Assembly: GCA_963677915.2 (NCBI GenBank)
Contig: CAXXGE010000035.1
Span: 5,130-69,129, forward strand
Source of the DNA: Vallitaleaceae bacterium
GTDB lineage: Bacteria > Bacillota > Clostridia > Lachnospirales > Vallitaleaceae
Reading direction: 5' to 3'
Length of the DNA stretch: 64,000 nt
Shown: positions 1-9,101 of the stretch, one piece after another
How the letters are laid out: every line of letters begins with the position of its first letter
Numbering within the stretch: position 1 is the first letter of the stretch
Position numbers and translations under genes: made by a program
The notes under the pieces: model-generated
Database searches by the model: none
Seen by the model: the letters and a program-made list of their open reading frames with translations, nothing else
Told to the model about the DNA's origin: nothing

Positions 1-492
1 GGCACCATTCACAATAATTCTGTCAATGTTTTTGTCAGGTGGAGGGGAAAGCTTGATGTGAGTCGGGAAACCTGCGCCGCCCATCCCTACAATACCAGCT
101 TCTTTGATTACTTCGATAATCTCCTCGTTTTTCATGTTCATGTAATCATGCGGTACATTAAGCCCTTCAACTTCTTCATAAAGACCATCGTTTTCAACAA
201 AAACCGCCTTTACCTTCATGCCTGTAGGATTGATAACATCATCAATCTTGCTTACTGTACCTGATACACTTGAAAAAATCGGCGACGAGACAAAAGCCTC
301 TGATTGTCCGATTTTCTGACCTACCAATACTCTGTCACCTTTTTTTACCAAAGGTTCACAGGGCGCACCGATATGCTGGATCATTGGATAGACCAAATCA
401 CCTTTCGGCATAAGCACCTTGATTGGTTTGTCTTTGGATTCGTCCTTGTGGTCATGCGGGTGAATACCCCGTTTGAAAGTCAACGCTGCCAT
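1..492 (-). CDS. rnfC: Rnf electron-transport complex subunit C, N-terminal part (gene runs off the window start)
   Basis: Not in the ORF track because no stop lies in the window. My reverse translation from the ATG at 490-492 reads MAALTFKRGIHPHDHKDESKDKPIKVL...EAGIVGMGGAGFPTHIKLSPP, typical of the RnfC N-terminus. Confidence 0.8.
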   Translation of the reverse strand, partial: MAALTFKRGIHPHDHKDESKDKPIKVLMPKGDLVYPMIQHIGAPCEPLVKKGDRVLVGQKIGQSEAFVSSPIFSSVSGTVSKIDDVINPTGMKVKAVFVENDGLYEEVEGLNVPHDYMNMKNEEIIEVIKEAGIVGMGGAGFPTHIKLSPPPDKNIDRIIVNGA

Positions 493-591
493 AGGCAACC
501 CCCATTCTTCATTTTTATTTCAGCACTTTCCATAATAGAATAGTATAGAAAGTGACTTCTATCAATGATTGATATATATTAGACAATCATT

Positions 592-614
592 AAACCCTTG
601 ATTTTCAAGGGTTT
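592..614 (-). terminator. Hairpin downstream of the hydrogenase-like cluster (aaaccctt-loop-aagggttt), possible terminator
   Basis: 8-bp stem seen in sequence, followed only by a short T-rich tract on the minus strand. Confidence 0.4.
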
Positions 615-726
615 ATGCTTGTTTTGTACGCTCTTGCACATTGTATACACCATTTTGTGTATCTTAAAAGTGCAATTCCAAACCTAGGTTTTGCATATTA
701 TCGACAATTTCGTTAATTCTTTCACT

Positions 727-1275
727 TTACTGTACGCTCAGGTTTGCGAGCTCTTCTTCTATGTAGTTTTTCAGCCAATTGCTGACTTCTACCGATGCCA
801 AGGGCACATCTTCTCCCAGCACCTCTATCAGCTCGGATGTCTTCACATCAAACTCAGCATCATTCACTTTGTGGATATACTGAATCTCGACATCATCATA
901 TGATACCATGAATCCGGCAATCGTTGACGCCATATCACCCAACGGCGGCCTGTCAATGTGGTCGTATTTCATGACCGCAGTCACATGCGTGCCTTTCCCC
1001 TTTTCTGTTGATATGTCCAGTTTACCGTCGCAATGGGTGCATGTAAGGTCAAGCATCGGGATGCCAAGGCCGACCTTCCGCATTGTTCTGGATGTCGTAA
1101 AGGGATTCTTGATTTCATTGAAGATCTCATCCGGGATGCCCGTTCCGTCATCGGTTATTCTGAAAGAAAAGATGTTCCCGATGATATCCTCATTGACCTC
1201 TATCTGAATATTCGCCGCCTTACCTCTTATACTGTTCTGTGCAATATCAAGGATATGCATTGAAAGTTCTTTCAT
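727..1275 (-). CDS. GHKL/HATPase_c-type ATP-binding protein (module 2, 182 aa)
   Basis: N-box-like DIAQNSIRG, G1 DDGTGIP and G2 GLGIPM motifs. The ATG overlaps the upstream stop (TAATG at 1273-1277). Confidence 0.75.
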   Translation of the reverse strand: MKELSMHILDIAQNSIRGKAANIQIEVNEDIIGNIFSFRITDDGTGIPDEIFNEIKNPFTTSRTMRKVGLGIPMLDLTCTHCDGKLDISTEKGKGTHVTAVMKYDHIDRPPLGDMASTIAGFMVSYDDVEIQYIHKVNDAEFDVKTSELIEVLGEDVPLASVEVSNWLKNYIEEELANLSVQ

Positions 1276-1613
1276 TACTTGATACCCATTCCAACCATTG
1301 CAGCCACTGCAGCATAGGACGACAACGGTGTTCCAAGGACGACGATCCCTTCTTCCTCCGCCTTTTTAAGGGCAGCAGGTTCCACAGTTGAACCTTCGGA
1401 TACAATAATACAAGCTGCATTGATTAGGAGAGCGACAGCTATGATGTTCAGGTGGCTTTGCACAGTGACCCATGCACATCCCTCTTTAGCTTCGCCCATG
1501 ACAACACTTAACAAATCTCCTACAAAGCCGTTTTCAACCGGTGTATCCAGGTTGTTCTTTCCCGTAAGAACCTGGAATCCCAGCTCTTCTGCAAGTTTAC
1601 CTACTGTCATCAT
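1275..1613 (-). CDS. DRTGG domain protein (module 2)
   Basis: 112-aa ORF paralogous to 3335..3703. The pattern ...GDLLSVVMGEA...VTVQSHLNIIAVA... is typical of small DRTGG proteins. Confidence 0.7.
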   Translation of the reverse strand: MMTVGKLAEELGFQVLTGKNNLDTPVENGFVGDLLSVVMGEAKEGCAWVTVQSHLNIIAVALLINAACIIVSEGSTVEPAALKKAEEEGIVVLGTPLSSYAAVAAMVGMGIK

Positions 1614-2928
1614 CCATATCCTCCAGTTTCTTGATAGAAGGCGGCATTTTTTCCGCCAGGGTTACCATTTGCTCAGCCATCATTCTAACCTTGTTTCTCA
1701 GCATGAATATGCAGTCTTCAATGTTGCCCTGTTCTTTAACAATATCTTCTGCCAAAGCACGGCACGTCGGAGCGCCGCACGATCCGCAGTCGATATGAGG
1801 CAGTACATCATAGATTCTTTCCATTCTTTCCATTTTTTTCAGAGCCTCGGATAGGTCTTCGTCCAGCTTCGTAACAGCTCTGCTTTCCAAAGTCTTCTCC
1901 CACAGAAAATCTATGGATGGATCGACAATATCCAGTTCCCGCACTTCTCCCCTGTTCTTGACATAATTGGCTATCTTTTGTTTTCTTGTCGTCGACACAA
2001 AAGAATTCTCAACTGTCAGTGCACCGCCCAGGCATCCGTTGACACACGACATGCATCCGATGAAATCTACGTCAAGCTTGTCATTATCCAGCCTTTCCAG
2101 GATTTCTATGACTTCCTCAATCCCGTCGACATAGATCTGGTTGTATATGCTTTGCCTGATGCCTTCCCCTGCTGTTTCAGCCAGTGAGATGAAGTTGGCA
2201 TCTCCGGACATAAGCGTCTCGATTTCATCGGGCTTTAACGAGTTGATGATAGGCAGCAGTCTGTGGAAGACTTCCTTCATTGGTACGACGCCATTGATCA
2301 GGGATTCCGAAATCACTTGCGGGTATCTGGTATCTGTAACTTTGGCGCCGCACGGGCTTATATAAAAAATGCCTATATGGCTTTCAGGTATTCCCTGCTT
2401 GAGCAAATGGCTCTTCACATATCTCGCCATAAGTTCTTTTGCAGGAATGATTGGTATGAAGTTTTCCATCAGGGTAGGAAAACGCATCTGTACCAAATTG
2501 ATAATCGCAGGGCATGTGGTGCTTATTGCCGGTTTCTTCGCAGTGCCGTCTTTCAGCATTTTGACACCAAGTGCCGTTGTCTGTCTGACAGCCGGCGAAA
2601 TATCGAACGCGTCGCTGAAACCCAGCTTTTTCAGCGCTGTCAGGACAATATTGGGATTGCGTATTTTTTTGAATTGTGTAAACAGTGATGGCTCGACAAG
2701 TGCCACACGGTATTTGAATTTATGGATCCTGTTGATCGGATCGGTTGTAGCCATCTTGGCCCTATAATTGCACACACGAATACACATGCCGCAATCTATG
2801 CAAAGCTCATCCATGATGACCGCTTTGGAATTACGGACACGTATTGCTTCGGTAGGGCACCGCTTAATGCAGTCGGTACATCCGATACATCTGTCGAGAT
2901 CGAGGGTAATGGAGTGTAGTTGTGCCAT
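1597..2928 (-). CDS. [FeFe]-hydrogenase-like Fe-S protein (2x[4Fe-4S] ferredoxin N-terminus, H-cluster-type core, C-terminal Fe-S motif), putative sensory type
   Basis: CIGCTDCIKRCP and CIDCGMCIRVCN motifs. H-cluster-like motifs are STTCP, SPCGAK and MSCVNGCLGG. The C-terminus carries CGSCGAPTC. Confidence 0.75.
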   Translation of the reverse strand: MAQLHSITLDLDRCIGCTDCIKRCPTEAIRVRNSKAVIMDELCIDCGMCIRVCNYRAKMATTDPINRIHKFKYRVALVEPSLFTQFKKIRNPNIVLTALKKLGFSDAFDISPAVRQTTALGVKMLKDGTAKKPAISTTCPAIINLVQMRFPTLMENFIPIIPAKELMARYVKSHLLKQGIPESHIGIFYISPCGAKVTDTRYPQVISESLINGVVPMKEVFHRLLPIINSLKPDEIETLMSGDANFISLAETAGEGIRQSIYNQIYVDGIEEVIEILERLDNDKLDVDFIGCMSCVNGCLGGALTVENSFVSTTRKQKIANYVKNRGEVRELDIVDPSIDFLWEKTLESRAVTKLDEDLSEALKKMERMERIYDVLPHIDCGSCGAPTCRALAEDIVKEQGNIEDCIFMLRNKVRMMAEQMVTLAEKMPPSIKKLEDMDDDSR

Positions 2929-2937
2929 AAACGCCTC

Positions 2938-3351
2938 CTACGCAAGGTTCACTCTAATGGTTACTTTTGTACCTTTGCCAACTTCCGACTCAATATGAAG
3001 ATGGTCGCTGTAGCGTTTGATATTGGGAAGTCCCATACCGGCACCGAATCCCATATCTCTCGCTTCTCTGGAAGCCGTCGAATAGCCGGCTGTCATCGCC
3101 TGCTCGATATCAGGGATTCCAGGCCCGTTATCGTCCAAAACAACTTGAATGAATTCAGGTGTGACTTCTGCATCAATCGTTCCACCATTGGCATGAATGA
3201 CCATATTGATTTCCGCTTCATACATAGCAACTGCAATTTTTCTGATAACGCCGGAATTAATGCCGAGTTGCTTCAAAGCCTTCTTCAATTTTCCGGATGC
3301 TGTTCCGGCACTGATATACTCTCCATCTATCACATCATAATGTAATATCAT
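2938..3351 (-). CDS. Small anti-sigma-factor-like (SpoIIAB/RsbW-type) GHKL ATPase (module 1)
   Basis: Motifs EAEINMVIHANGG, DDNGPGIPD and GFGAGMGLPNI. I chose the internal ATG at 3351 (MILHYDVIDG...) over the longer track ORF, which overlaps the upstream gene. Confidence 0.7.
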   Translation of the reverse strand: MILHYDVIDGEYISAGTASGKLKKALKQLGINSGVIRKIAVAMYEAEINMVIHANGGTIDAEVTPEFIQVVLDDNGPGIPDIEQAMTAGYSTASREARDMGFGAGMGLPNIKRYSDHLHIESEVGKGTKVTIRVNLA

Positions 3352-3703
3352 CGTGGGTAATCTCCTCTCCCAGCAAGCCATTGGAATACAAGATGCCTGA
3401 TGCGGTAAACAGGGAATGGTTTGTCGAAAGCAGCGCAATCTCCCTGCTTTCCGCCAAATCAACAATGTCCTGTGAAGGCTGTTTCCCTCTTACAAAAACA
3501 ATCGCTCTTATATCCAGCATCTCGGCGGTCCTTACGACCTGTGGATGGACCAATCCCGTGATGAGTATGACATTATTTTTTACATATGCTAAAACATCGC
3601 TCATTAGGTCGCAGCCATAGCCGAAGTCAATTTCTTCTTCGGCATTTTCGTACCCGGTCAGCCACTTAGCTTCCAAAATGTTTCCGATGGCTTGAAGCTT
3701 CAA
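3335..3703 (-). CDS. DRTGG domain protein (module 1), TTG start
   Basis: 122-aa ORF with GGAGG 8 nt upstream of the TTG at 3701-3703. Paralogous to 1275..1613. Confidence 0.7.
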   Translation of the reverse strand: MKLQAIGNILEAKWLTGYENAEEEIDFGYGCDLMSDVLAYVKNNVILITGLVHPQVVRTAEMLDIRAIVFVRGKQPSQDIVDLAESREIALLSTNHSLFTASGILYSNGLLGEEITHDDITL

Positions 3704-3721
3704 ATCGATCCCTCCACCAAT

Positions 3722-3739
3722 TTGTTATTGTTTTAACAA
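3722..3739. promoter_or_regulatory. Candidate Rex (redox-sensing repressor) operator TTGTTATTGTTTTAACAA
   Basis: Matches the clostridial Rex box TTGTTAA-N4-TTAACAA at 13 of 14 specified positions. It lies between the predicted -10 and the RBS of the cluster. Confidence 0.5.
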
Positions 3740-3751
3740 TACCCAGCCTTT

Positions 3752-3779
3752 ATTTTAACATTTTAACAGTAAAAGTCAA
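3752..3779 (-). promoter_or_regulatory. Sigma-A-type promoter for the hydrogenase-like cluster (TTGACT-16-TAAAAT)
   Basis: Read from the reverse complement of 3752-3779. Confidence 0.45.
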
Positions 3780-3806
3780 GGGGGATTGCTAAATGTTGAT
3801 CACTTT

Positions 3807-4439
3807 TTATCTTCTTTTGTCCAGCTCTCGATAAATATCTGACCACGTTGCGCCCTTTTCAACCATAAGAACCATCAAATGGTACAAAAGATCAGAAATT
3901 TCATAGACAATTTCATCCTTGCCTTCGTTTTTCGCTCCGATAACGACCTCAGTCGTCTCTTCACCGACTTTCTTTAGGATCTTGTCTATGCCTTTGTCGA
4001 ACAGATAGTTTGTGTAGGATCCTTCTTTTGGATTCTCGCGTCTGTCGACAATGACATCATAAACACCTTGGAAGACATCTTTTTGCTGTTCTTCAGAAGC
4101 ATCCCTGAATTCACCAGTTTCGAAATCATACTCGTGGAAGAAGCAGCTGTAGGCACCAGTATGGCAGGCATTCCCTATTTGTTCTACCTTGAGCAGGATT
4201 GTATCGTTGTCACAGTCAAGGAAAAGATGCTTCACATTTTGAAAATGGCCGCTTGTCTCCCCTTTCAGCCACAGACTGCTGCGGCTCCTGCTGTAATAAT
4301 GTGCTTTCTTGGTCTCCAATGTCTTTTTGAAAGCTTCCTCATTCATATACGCAACCATGAGAACCCTATTCGAAATGTAGTCTTGTGTTACAACAGGAAT
4401 CAAGCCCTGCTCATTCAGTTTAAGTTGTTTGAAATCCAT
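3807..4439 (-). CDS. hisIE: Bifunctional phosphoribosyl-AMP cyclohydrolase / phosphoribosyl-ATP pyrophosphatase
   Basis: 210-aa ORF containing ...[16 protein letters not shown]...[12 protein letters not shown]...CHTG... plus a C-terminal HisE region. It is the last gene of the his operon. Confidence 0.93.
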   Translation of the reverse strand: MDFKQLKLNEQGLIPVVTQDYISNRVLMVAYMNEEAFKKTLETKKAHYYSRSRSSLWLKGETSGHFQNVKHLFLDCDNDTILLKVEQIGNACHTGAYSCFFHEYDFETGEFRDASEEQQKDVFQGVYDVIVDRRENPKEGSYTNYLFDKGIDKILKKVGEETTEVVIGAKNEGKDEIVYEISDLLYHLMVLMVEKGATWSDIYRELDKRR

Positions 4440-4447
4440 TTTTTCTC

Positions 4448-5209
4448 CTATCTTCTAACCGGAATGTCATTGTCATACAAATAATCTTTAAGGTCATGCA
4501 TATCTATTTCCTTAAAATGAAAAAGGGACGCCGCCAGTGCCGCGTCGGCCTTGCCCTCTGTCAGCACTTCCTTGAAATGTGCCATCGTGCCCGCTCCACC
4601 GGAGGCGATAACGGGGATATTGACCGATTCACTTACCGCTTTGGTCAGCGCCACATCATAGCCTGCTTTGGTGCCGTCGCAGTCCATACTGGTCAGCAGT
4701 ATTTCGCCGGCGCCCAGCATTTCAGCTTTTTTGGCCCATTCTACCGCATCGATGTTCATATTGATTCTTCCGCCGTTGATATAAACGTCCCAACTGCCCC
4801 TGTCGTCATTCCACTTCGCATCGATTGCAAGCACGACGCATTGGCTGCCGAATCTCAATGCGGCTTCCCTGATCAATTCGGGCCTGTGTACGGCGGCGGA
4901 ATTGACAGCGACCTTGTCTGCACCCGCAAGCAGCATCACCCTGAAATCCTCGACGCTCCTGATGCCGCCACCGACTGTAAGGGGAATGAAGATTTCCTTT
5001 GCGGTCTTTTCGACGACATCCACAATCGTATCCCGGCCTTCGTGTGAAGCTGTAATGTCCAGAAATACGATTTCATCAGCCATGCTTTTATTGTAAGCCT
5101 TTGCCACCTCGACCGGATCGCCTGCATCGATGATGTTCACAAACTGAACGCCCTTTACGACTCTTCCTTTGTCTACGTCAAGGCAGGGTATTATTCTTTT
5201 GGAAAGCAT
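4448..5209 (-). CDS. hisF: Imidazole glycerol phosphate synthase cyclase subunit
   Basis: [18 protein letters not shown]... signature; 253 aa. Confidence 0.95.
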   Translation of the reverse strand: MLSKRIIPCLDVDKGRVVKGVQFVNIIDAGDPVEVAKAYNKSMADEIVFLDITASHEGRDTIVDVVEKTAKEIFIPLTVGGGIRSVEDFRVMLLAGADKVAVNSAAVHRPELIREAALRFGSQCVVLAIDAKWNDDRGSWDVYINGGRINMNIDAVEWAKKAEMLGAGEILLTSMDCDGTKAGYDVALTKAVSESVNIPVIASGGAGTMAHFKEVLTEGKADAALAASLFHFKEIDMHDLKDYLYDNDIPVRR

Positions 5210-5212
5210 ATG

Positions 5213-5935
5213 TCACACCCTTTCAAACCTGGAAACTGCTTCGGAGAGATCGATGGCGTTCGTATAGAGCGCTTTCCCTATAATTGCGCCTTCCGCATTG
5301 ATTTTAGCTACCTTTTCGAGGTCGTCATAACTTGACACGCCTCCCGAAGCAATGATATCAAGTCCTGTCTCATCAATCAGCAGTTTTGTCTGCTCTGTAT
5401 TGGGGCCCTGCATCATGCCATCCTTCGCTATATCTGTGTACACAATGGTCTTGACACCCATTTCCTTAACCTGGAGGCAGAGGTCCAAAGCACTCTTTTT
5501 ACTGACCTCTTCCCACCCGTGAATGGCCACCATACCGCCTTTCGCATCGATGCCCACAACAACGGCATCCGGACCGAAAAGCTGGACAGCCTCCCGAACG
5601 AGTTCCGGTTGCTTGATTGCGACCGTTCCCAGAATAACCCTGGAGACGCCTATGTCAAGCCTTTCCTTCACATCGGAAATGCTTCGCACACCGCCACCCG
5701 TTTGGACAGGAATGCTGACCGCAGAAACAATGTCTGCAATGGTTTTTTTGTTGGACCAGACGCCATCCAACGCGCCGTCAAGGTCGACGACGTGTATGAA
5801 GGATGCCCCTGCCGCTTCCCAGCGCTTGGCTACGGCAACGGGATCCGCGTCATAGACTGTTTCCTTGTCATATCTTCCTTGAACAAGCCTAACAGCCTGT
5901 CCTTTAATAATGTCTATAGCTGGATAAATTCTCAT
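5213..5935 (-). CDS. hisA: ProFAR isomerase
   Basis: MRIYPAIDIIKGQAVRL... The ATG at 5935 is preferred over the TTG at 5947 used by the track. Confidence 0.92.
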   Translation of the reverse strand: MRIYPAIDIIKGQAVRLVQGRYDKETVYDADPVAVAKRWEAAGASFIHVVDLDGALDGVWSNKKTIADIVSAVSIPVQTGGGVRSISDVKERLDIGVSRVILGTVAIKQPELVREAVQLFGPDAVVVGIDAKGGMVAIHGWEEVSKKSALDLCLQVKEMGVKTIVYTDIAKDGMMQGPNTEQTKLLIDETGLDIIASGGVSSYDDLEKVAKINAEGAIIGKALYTNAIDLSEAVSRFERV

Positions 5936-5943
5936 ATCTGATT

Positions 5944-6549
5944 TCAACCTTCCAAAGATGCAAAATTTTTAAGGATACGCAAACCTGTGTCACCGCTCTT
6001 TTCCGGATGGAATTGAAGTCCGAACACATTCCCCTTCTGGGCAGCCACCTGGACTTCCTTGCCGTAGTAAGTCGTAGCCGAGACAACATCCGCTTCCGTT
6101 ACAAGATGGTAGCTGTGGACGAAATAGACATATGCCTCGTCATCCAAACCTGCAAACAGCGGCTCTCTTTTCTTGATATCAAGCGCATTCCATCCCATAT
6201 GGGGGATCTTCAGATCCACATCGAACTTCACGACGTTGCCAGGCAGCAGCCCAAGCCCTTTATGATCACCAAACTCACTGGATGAATCAAAAAGCAGCTG
6301 CATGCCGAGGCAAATGCCAAGGAGCGGCTTGCCGGCCTTTGTGTATTCCTCCAGCATCTTGTCGATGCCTGTTTCTCTCAATTTGTCGATTGCATCTTTA
6401 AATGCGCCAACGCCAGGGAGGATCAGCTTATCTGCCTGCTTAAGCTCATCCACATCTGTCGATATGAAGGATGCTACGCCTAAAAAATCCAAGGCATTGG
6501 TCACACTTTGAAGATTGCCAAAACCATAGTCTATAATGCCTATTCTCAT
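5944..6549 (-). CDS. hisH: Imidazole glycerol phosphate synthase glutamine amidotransferase subunit
   Basis: MRIGIIDYGFGNLQSV...LPGVGAF...GICLGMQ. The internal ATG at 6549 has a GGAG/AGGTGG RBS and lies 7 nt after the hisB stop. Confidence 0.93.
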   Translation of the reverse strand: MRIGIIDYGFGNLQSVTNALDFLGVASFISTDVDELKQADKLILPGVGAFKDAIDKLRETGIDKMLEEYTKAGKPLLGICLGMQLLFDSSSEFGDHKGLGLLPGNVVKFDVDLKIPHMGWNALDIKKREPLFAGLDDEAYVYFVHSYHLVTEADVVSATTYYGKEVQVAAQKGNVFGLQFHPEKSGDTGLRILKNFASLEG

Positions 6550-6556
6550 ATTCCAC

Positions 6557-7144
6557 CTACTCCAGCATGCCTTTTGTCGAACGTGTACCCTTGATTCGTT
6601 CATCAAACGTCAGGGCAACATCCAGGGCATTTCCAAAAGCCTTGAACATCGCTTCGACGATATGATGGTTGTTGCTGCCATCCAATTGCTTGATGTGAAG
6701 ATTCATACCTGCATTAACTGCAACAGCCATGAAAAACTCCTTCACCATCTCAGTATCCAGGTCACCGAGCCGATGGACTGTCAGCTCCGCATCGAAATTC
6801 AGATACGGTCTTCCGGACAGGTCCAGCGCACAAAGTACTAGTGTCTCATCCATTGGGATAATGCAAGAGCCATACCTCTTGATTCCGGCTTTATCGCCTG
6901 CAGCTTCTTTTATGGCTTTTCCAAGTACGATGCCGATGTCTTCTACTGTATGGTGGCTGTCCACCTCTAGGTCACCCTTGCAGCTGACATCCAAATCCAT
7001 AAATCCGTGTTTGGAGATATGGGTCAGCATGTGATCCAGAAAACCTACACCAGTGTCAATACTGGAAGTTCCGGATCCGTCTATATCCAGGGACAGCTTA
7101 ATGTCGGTTTCTTTTGTCTTTCGATCGATCGTTGCTTTTCTCAT
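6557..7144 (-). CDS. hisB: Imidazoleglycerol-phosphate dehydratase
   Basis: ...[10 protein letters not shown]...GVGFLDHML...HHTVED...; 195 aa. Confidence 0.95.
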   Translation of the reverse strand: MRKATIDRKTKETDIKLSLDIDGSGTSSIDTGVGFLDHMLTHISKHGFMDLDVSCKGDLEVDSHHTVEDIGIVLGKAIKEAAGDKAGIKRYGSCIIPMDETLVLCALDLSGRPYLNFDAELTVHRLGDLDTEMVKEFFMAVAVNAGMNLHIKQLDGSNNHHIVEAMFKAFGNALDVALTFDERIKGTRSTKGMLE

Positions 7145-7146
7145 TG

Positions 7147-8451
7147 TCAGCTCTCCTTCTCTTCTTCCATTCTGACCCGAACAGAATTGGCATGGGCTGT
7201 CAGGTTTTCCGCTTCTGCGAAAGCGACAACATCTTTAGCCAATTTTAACATAGATTGCCTATTGAATGAAAGGATGCTTGATTTTTTTACAAAATCGTCA
7301 ACCGAAAGCGGCGAGAAAAATTTGGCTGTCCCGTTAGTCGGCAGCACATGGTTCGGCCCCGCCATATAATCACCAATTGGTTCCGGGGTATAATCACCCA
7401 TGAAAATCGCCCCGGCATTCTTGATGAAAGGCAACAATTCAAATGGGCTTTTCGTGCAGACTTCAAGATGCTCCGGTGCAATGTCATTCACTATACGGAG
7501 TGCATCCTCCATTTTGTCTACGATAATGATTGCGCCAAAACTCTCAAGGGATTTTTCGGCAATATCTTTTCTCGGCAAAAGGGCTGTCTGTCTGTACAGT
7601 TCCTCTTCAACTTTTTGTGCCAGTGCCTTGTCCGTAGAGACAAGCACAGCAGATGCCAGCTCGTCGTGCTCAGCCTGCGACAGCATGTCAGCAGCCACAA
7701 AGACGGGATTGGCTGTCTCGTCAGCGACCACAAGCACTTCCGAAGGGCCAGCAATCGCATCGATGCTGACATGTCCGTAGACCGACTTTTTCGCCAGAGC
7801 GACGAATATGTTGCCCGGACCGACAATCTTGTCGACTTTCGGGATCGACTCAGTGCCAAAGGCAAGGGCCGCGACAGCCTGCGCACCGCCAACCTTGAAT
7901 ACATCCTTCACGCCACAGATGTCCGCTGCCACCAGTACGTCCGGATTGATTGTACCATCCGGTCCCGGCGGCGTAACGATATAGATTTCAGGCACGCCAG
8001 CTACAACTGCCGGAAGCACATCCATCAAGACTGACGATGTATATACAGCTTTCCCGCCAGGCACGTAGACGCCTACTCTTTGCATCGGTGTCACCTTCTG
8101 GCCCAGAATCGTACCATCATCATCCGTATCAAACCAGCTGAACTGCTTTTGCTTCATGTGGTAATCATAGATTCGTATTTTGGCTTTCTTTATAATCTCA
8201 ATAAGCCCCGGATCGCTCTTTCCATAAGCGTTTCGGAACTCATCTTCTGTCACCTTGATTGTGTCCGCATCAAGATCGGCACCGTCAAATTGCTTCGTGT
8301 AGCCGAATACAGCTTCATCACCTTTGCTTTTGACTGCTTCAAGGATATCGGCAACGACTTCCTCATACTTGCCGTAGGAAGCCGGTTCCCTCTCTTCAAG
8401 CATTTTCTTGATATCTATTCTTTCTCCACCTGCAAAATCAAATATTTTCAT
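7147..8451 (-). CDS. hisD: Histidinol dehydrogenase
   Basis: 434-aa ORF with ...[27 protein letters not shown]...SQAEHD... Confidence 0.95.
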   Translation of the reverse strand: MKIFDFAGGERIDIKKMLEEREPASYGKYEEVVADILEAVKSKGDEAVFGYTKQFDGADLDADTIKVTEDEFRNAYGKSDPGLIEIIKKAKIRIYDYHMKQKQFSWFDTDDDGTILGQKVTPMQRVGVYVPGGKAVYTSSVLMDVLPAVVAGVPEIYIVTPPGPDGTINPDVLVAADICGVKDVFKVGGAQAVAALAFGTESIPKVDKIVGPGNIFVALAKKSVYGHVSIDAIAGPSEVLVVADETANPVFVAADMLSQAEHDELASAVLVSTDKALAQKVEEELYRQTALLPRKDIAEKSLESFGAIIIVDKMEDALRIVNDIAPEHLEVCTKSPFELLPFIKNAGAIFMGDYTPEPIGDYMAGPNHVLPTNGTAKFFSPLSVDDFVKKSSILSFNRQSMLKLAKDVVAFAEAENLTAHANSVRVRMEEEKES

Positions 8452-9089
8452 TTTTCCTCCAGGATGGCTCTTAAGCCGTCGATGATACCGTTGATACGCT
8501 CATTTTCCATTTTCATACTCACTCTGTTGACAACGACGCGGGCCGAAAGAGGCACAATGTTCTCGAGAACGACCAGTCCGTTCTCCCTGAGTGTAGAACC
8601 GGTTTCCACAATATCCACAATCACTTCGGAAAGGCCAACAAGCGGGGCCAGTTCGATGGAACCGTTCAGCTTGATGATTTCCACCTTCTGGTTCTTTTTG
8701 TTGTAGAAATAATCCTTGGCGATGTTCGGGTATTTCGTCGCAACACGGATGGATGTGTTGTACTTGAGTTTCTCACGCATGGATTCAGGACCTGCGACCA
8801 CCATGTTGCACGCCCCGAACTTGAGATCAAGCACTTCATAAAGATTCTTTCTTTCCTCGAGAATTGTGTCTTTTCCTACTACACCAACATCAGCTGCACC
8901 GTACTCTACATAGGTAGGCACATCACTTGCTTTCGCAAGAAAGAACTTTAGTTTGAGTTCTTCGTTTGTAAATATCAGCTTTCTGGTATCGGATTTCATC
9001 TCGTCGCATGTGATTCCCGACTGTTCAAGATAGTTCATGGCTTTTTTTGCAAGTCTTCCCTTAGCAAGGGCAAACGTTAAATATCTCAT
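8448..9089 (-). CDS. hisG: ATP phosphoribosyltransferase, short (HisZ-dependent) form
   Basis: 213 aa, [13 protein letters not shown]...; ATGA overlap with hisD. Confidence 0.93.
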   Translation of the reverse strand: MRYLTFALAKGRLAKKAMNYLEQSGITCDEMKSDTRKLIFTNEELKLKFFLAKASDVPTYVEYGAADVGVVGKDTILEERKNLYEVLDLKFGACNMVVAGPESMREKLKYNTSIRVATKYPNIAKDYFYNKKNQKVEIIKLNGSIELAPLVGLSEVIVDIVETGSTLRENGLVVLENIVPLSARVVVNRVSMKMENERINGIIDGLRAILEEK

Positions 9090-9101
9090 TTTATCACCTC
9101 A

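Noticed and set aside
561-591. AT-rich palindromes upstream of rnfC (ATCAATGATTGAT; AATGATTG...CAATCATT) as a possible operator.
   Set aside because: They are short and AT-rich and match no regulator consensus I know; specifically, they are not a Rex box. They could arise by chance in an AT-rich promoter region.
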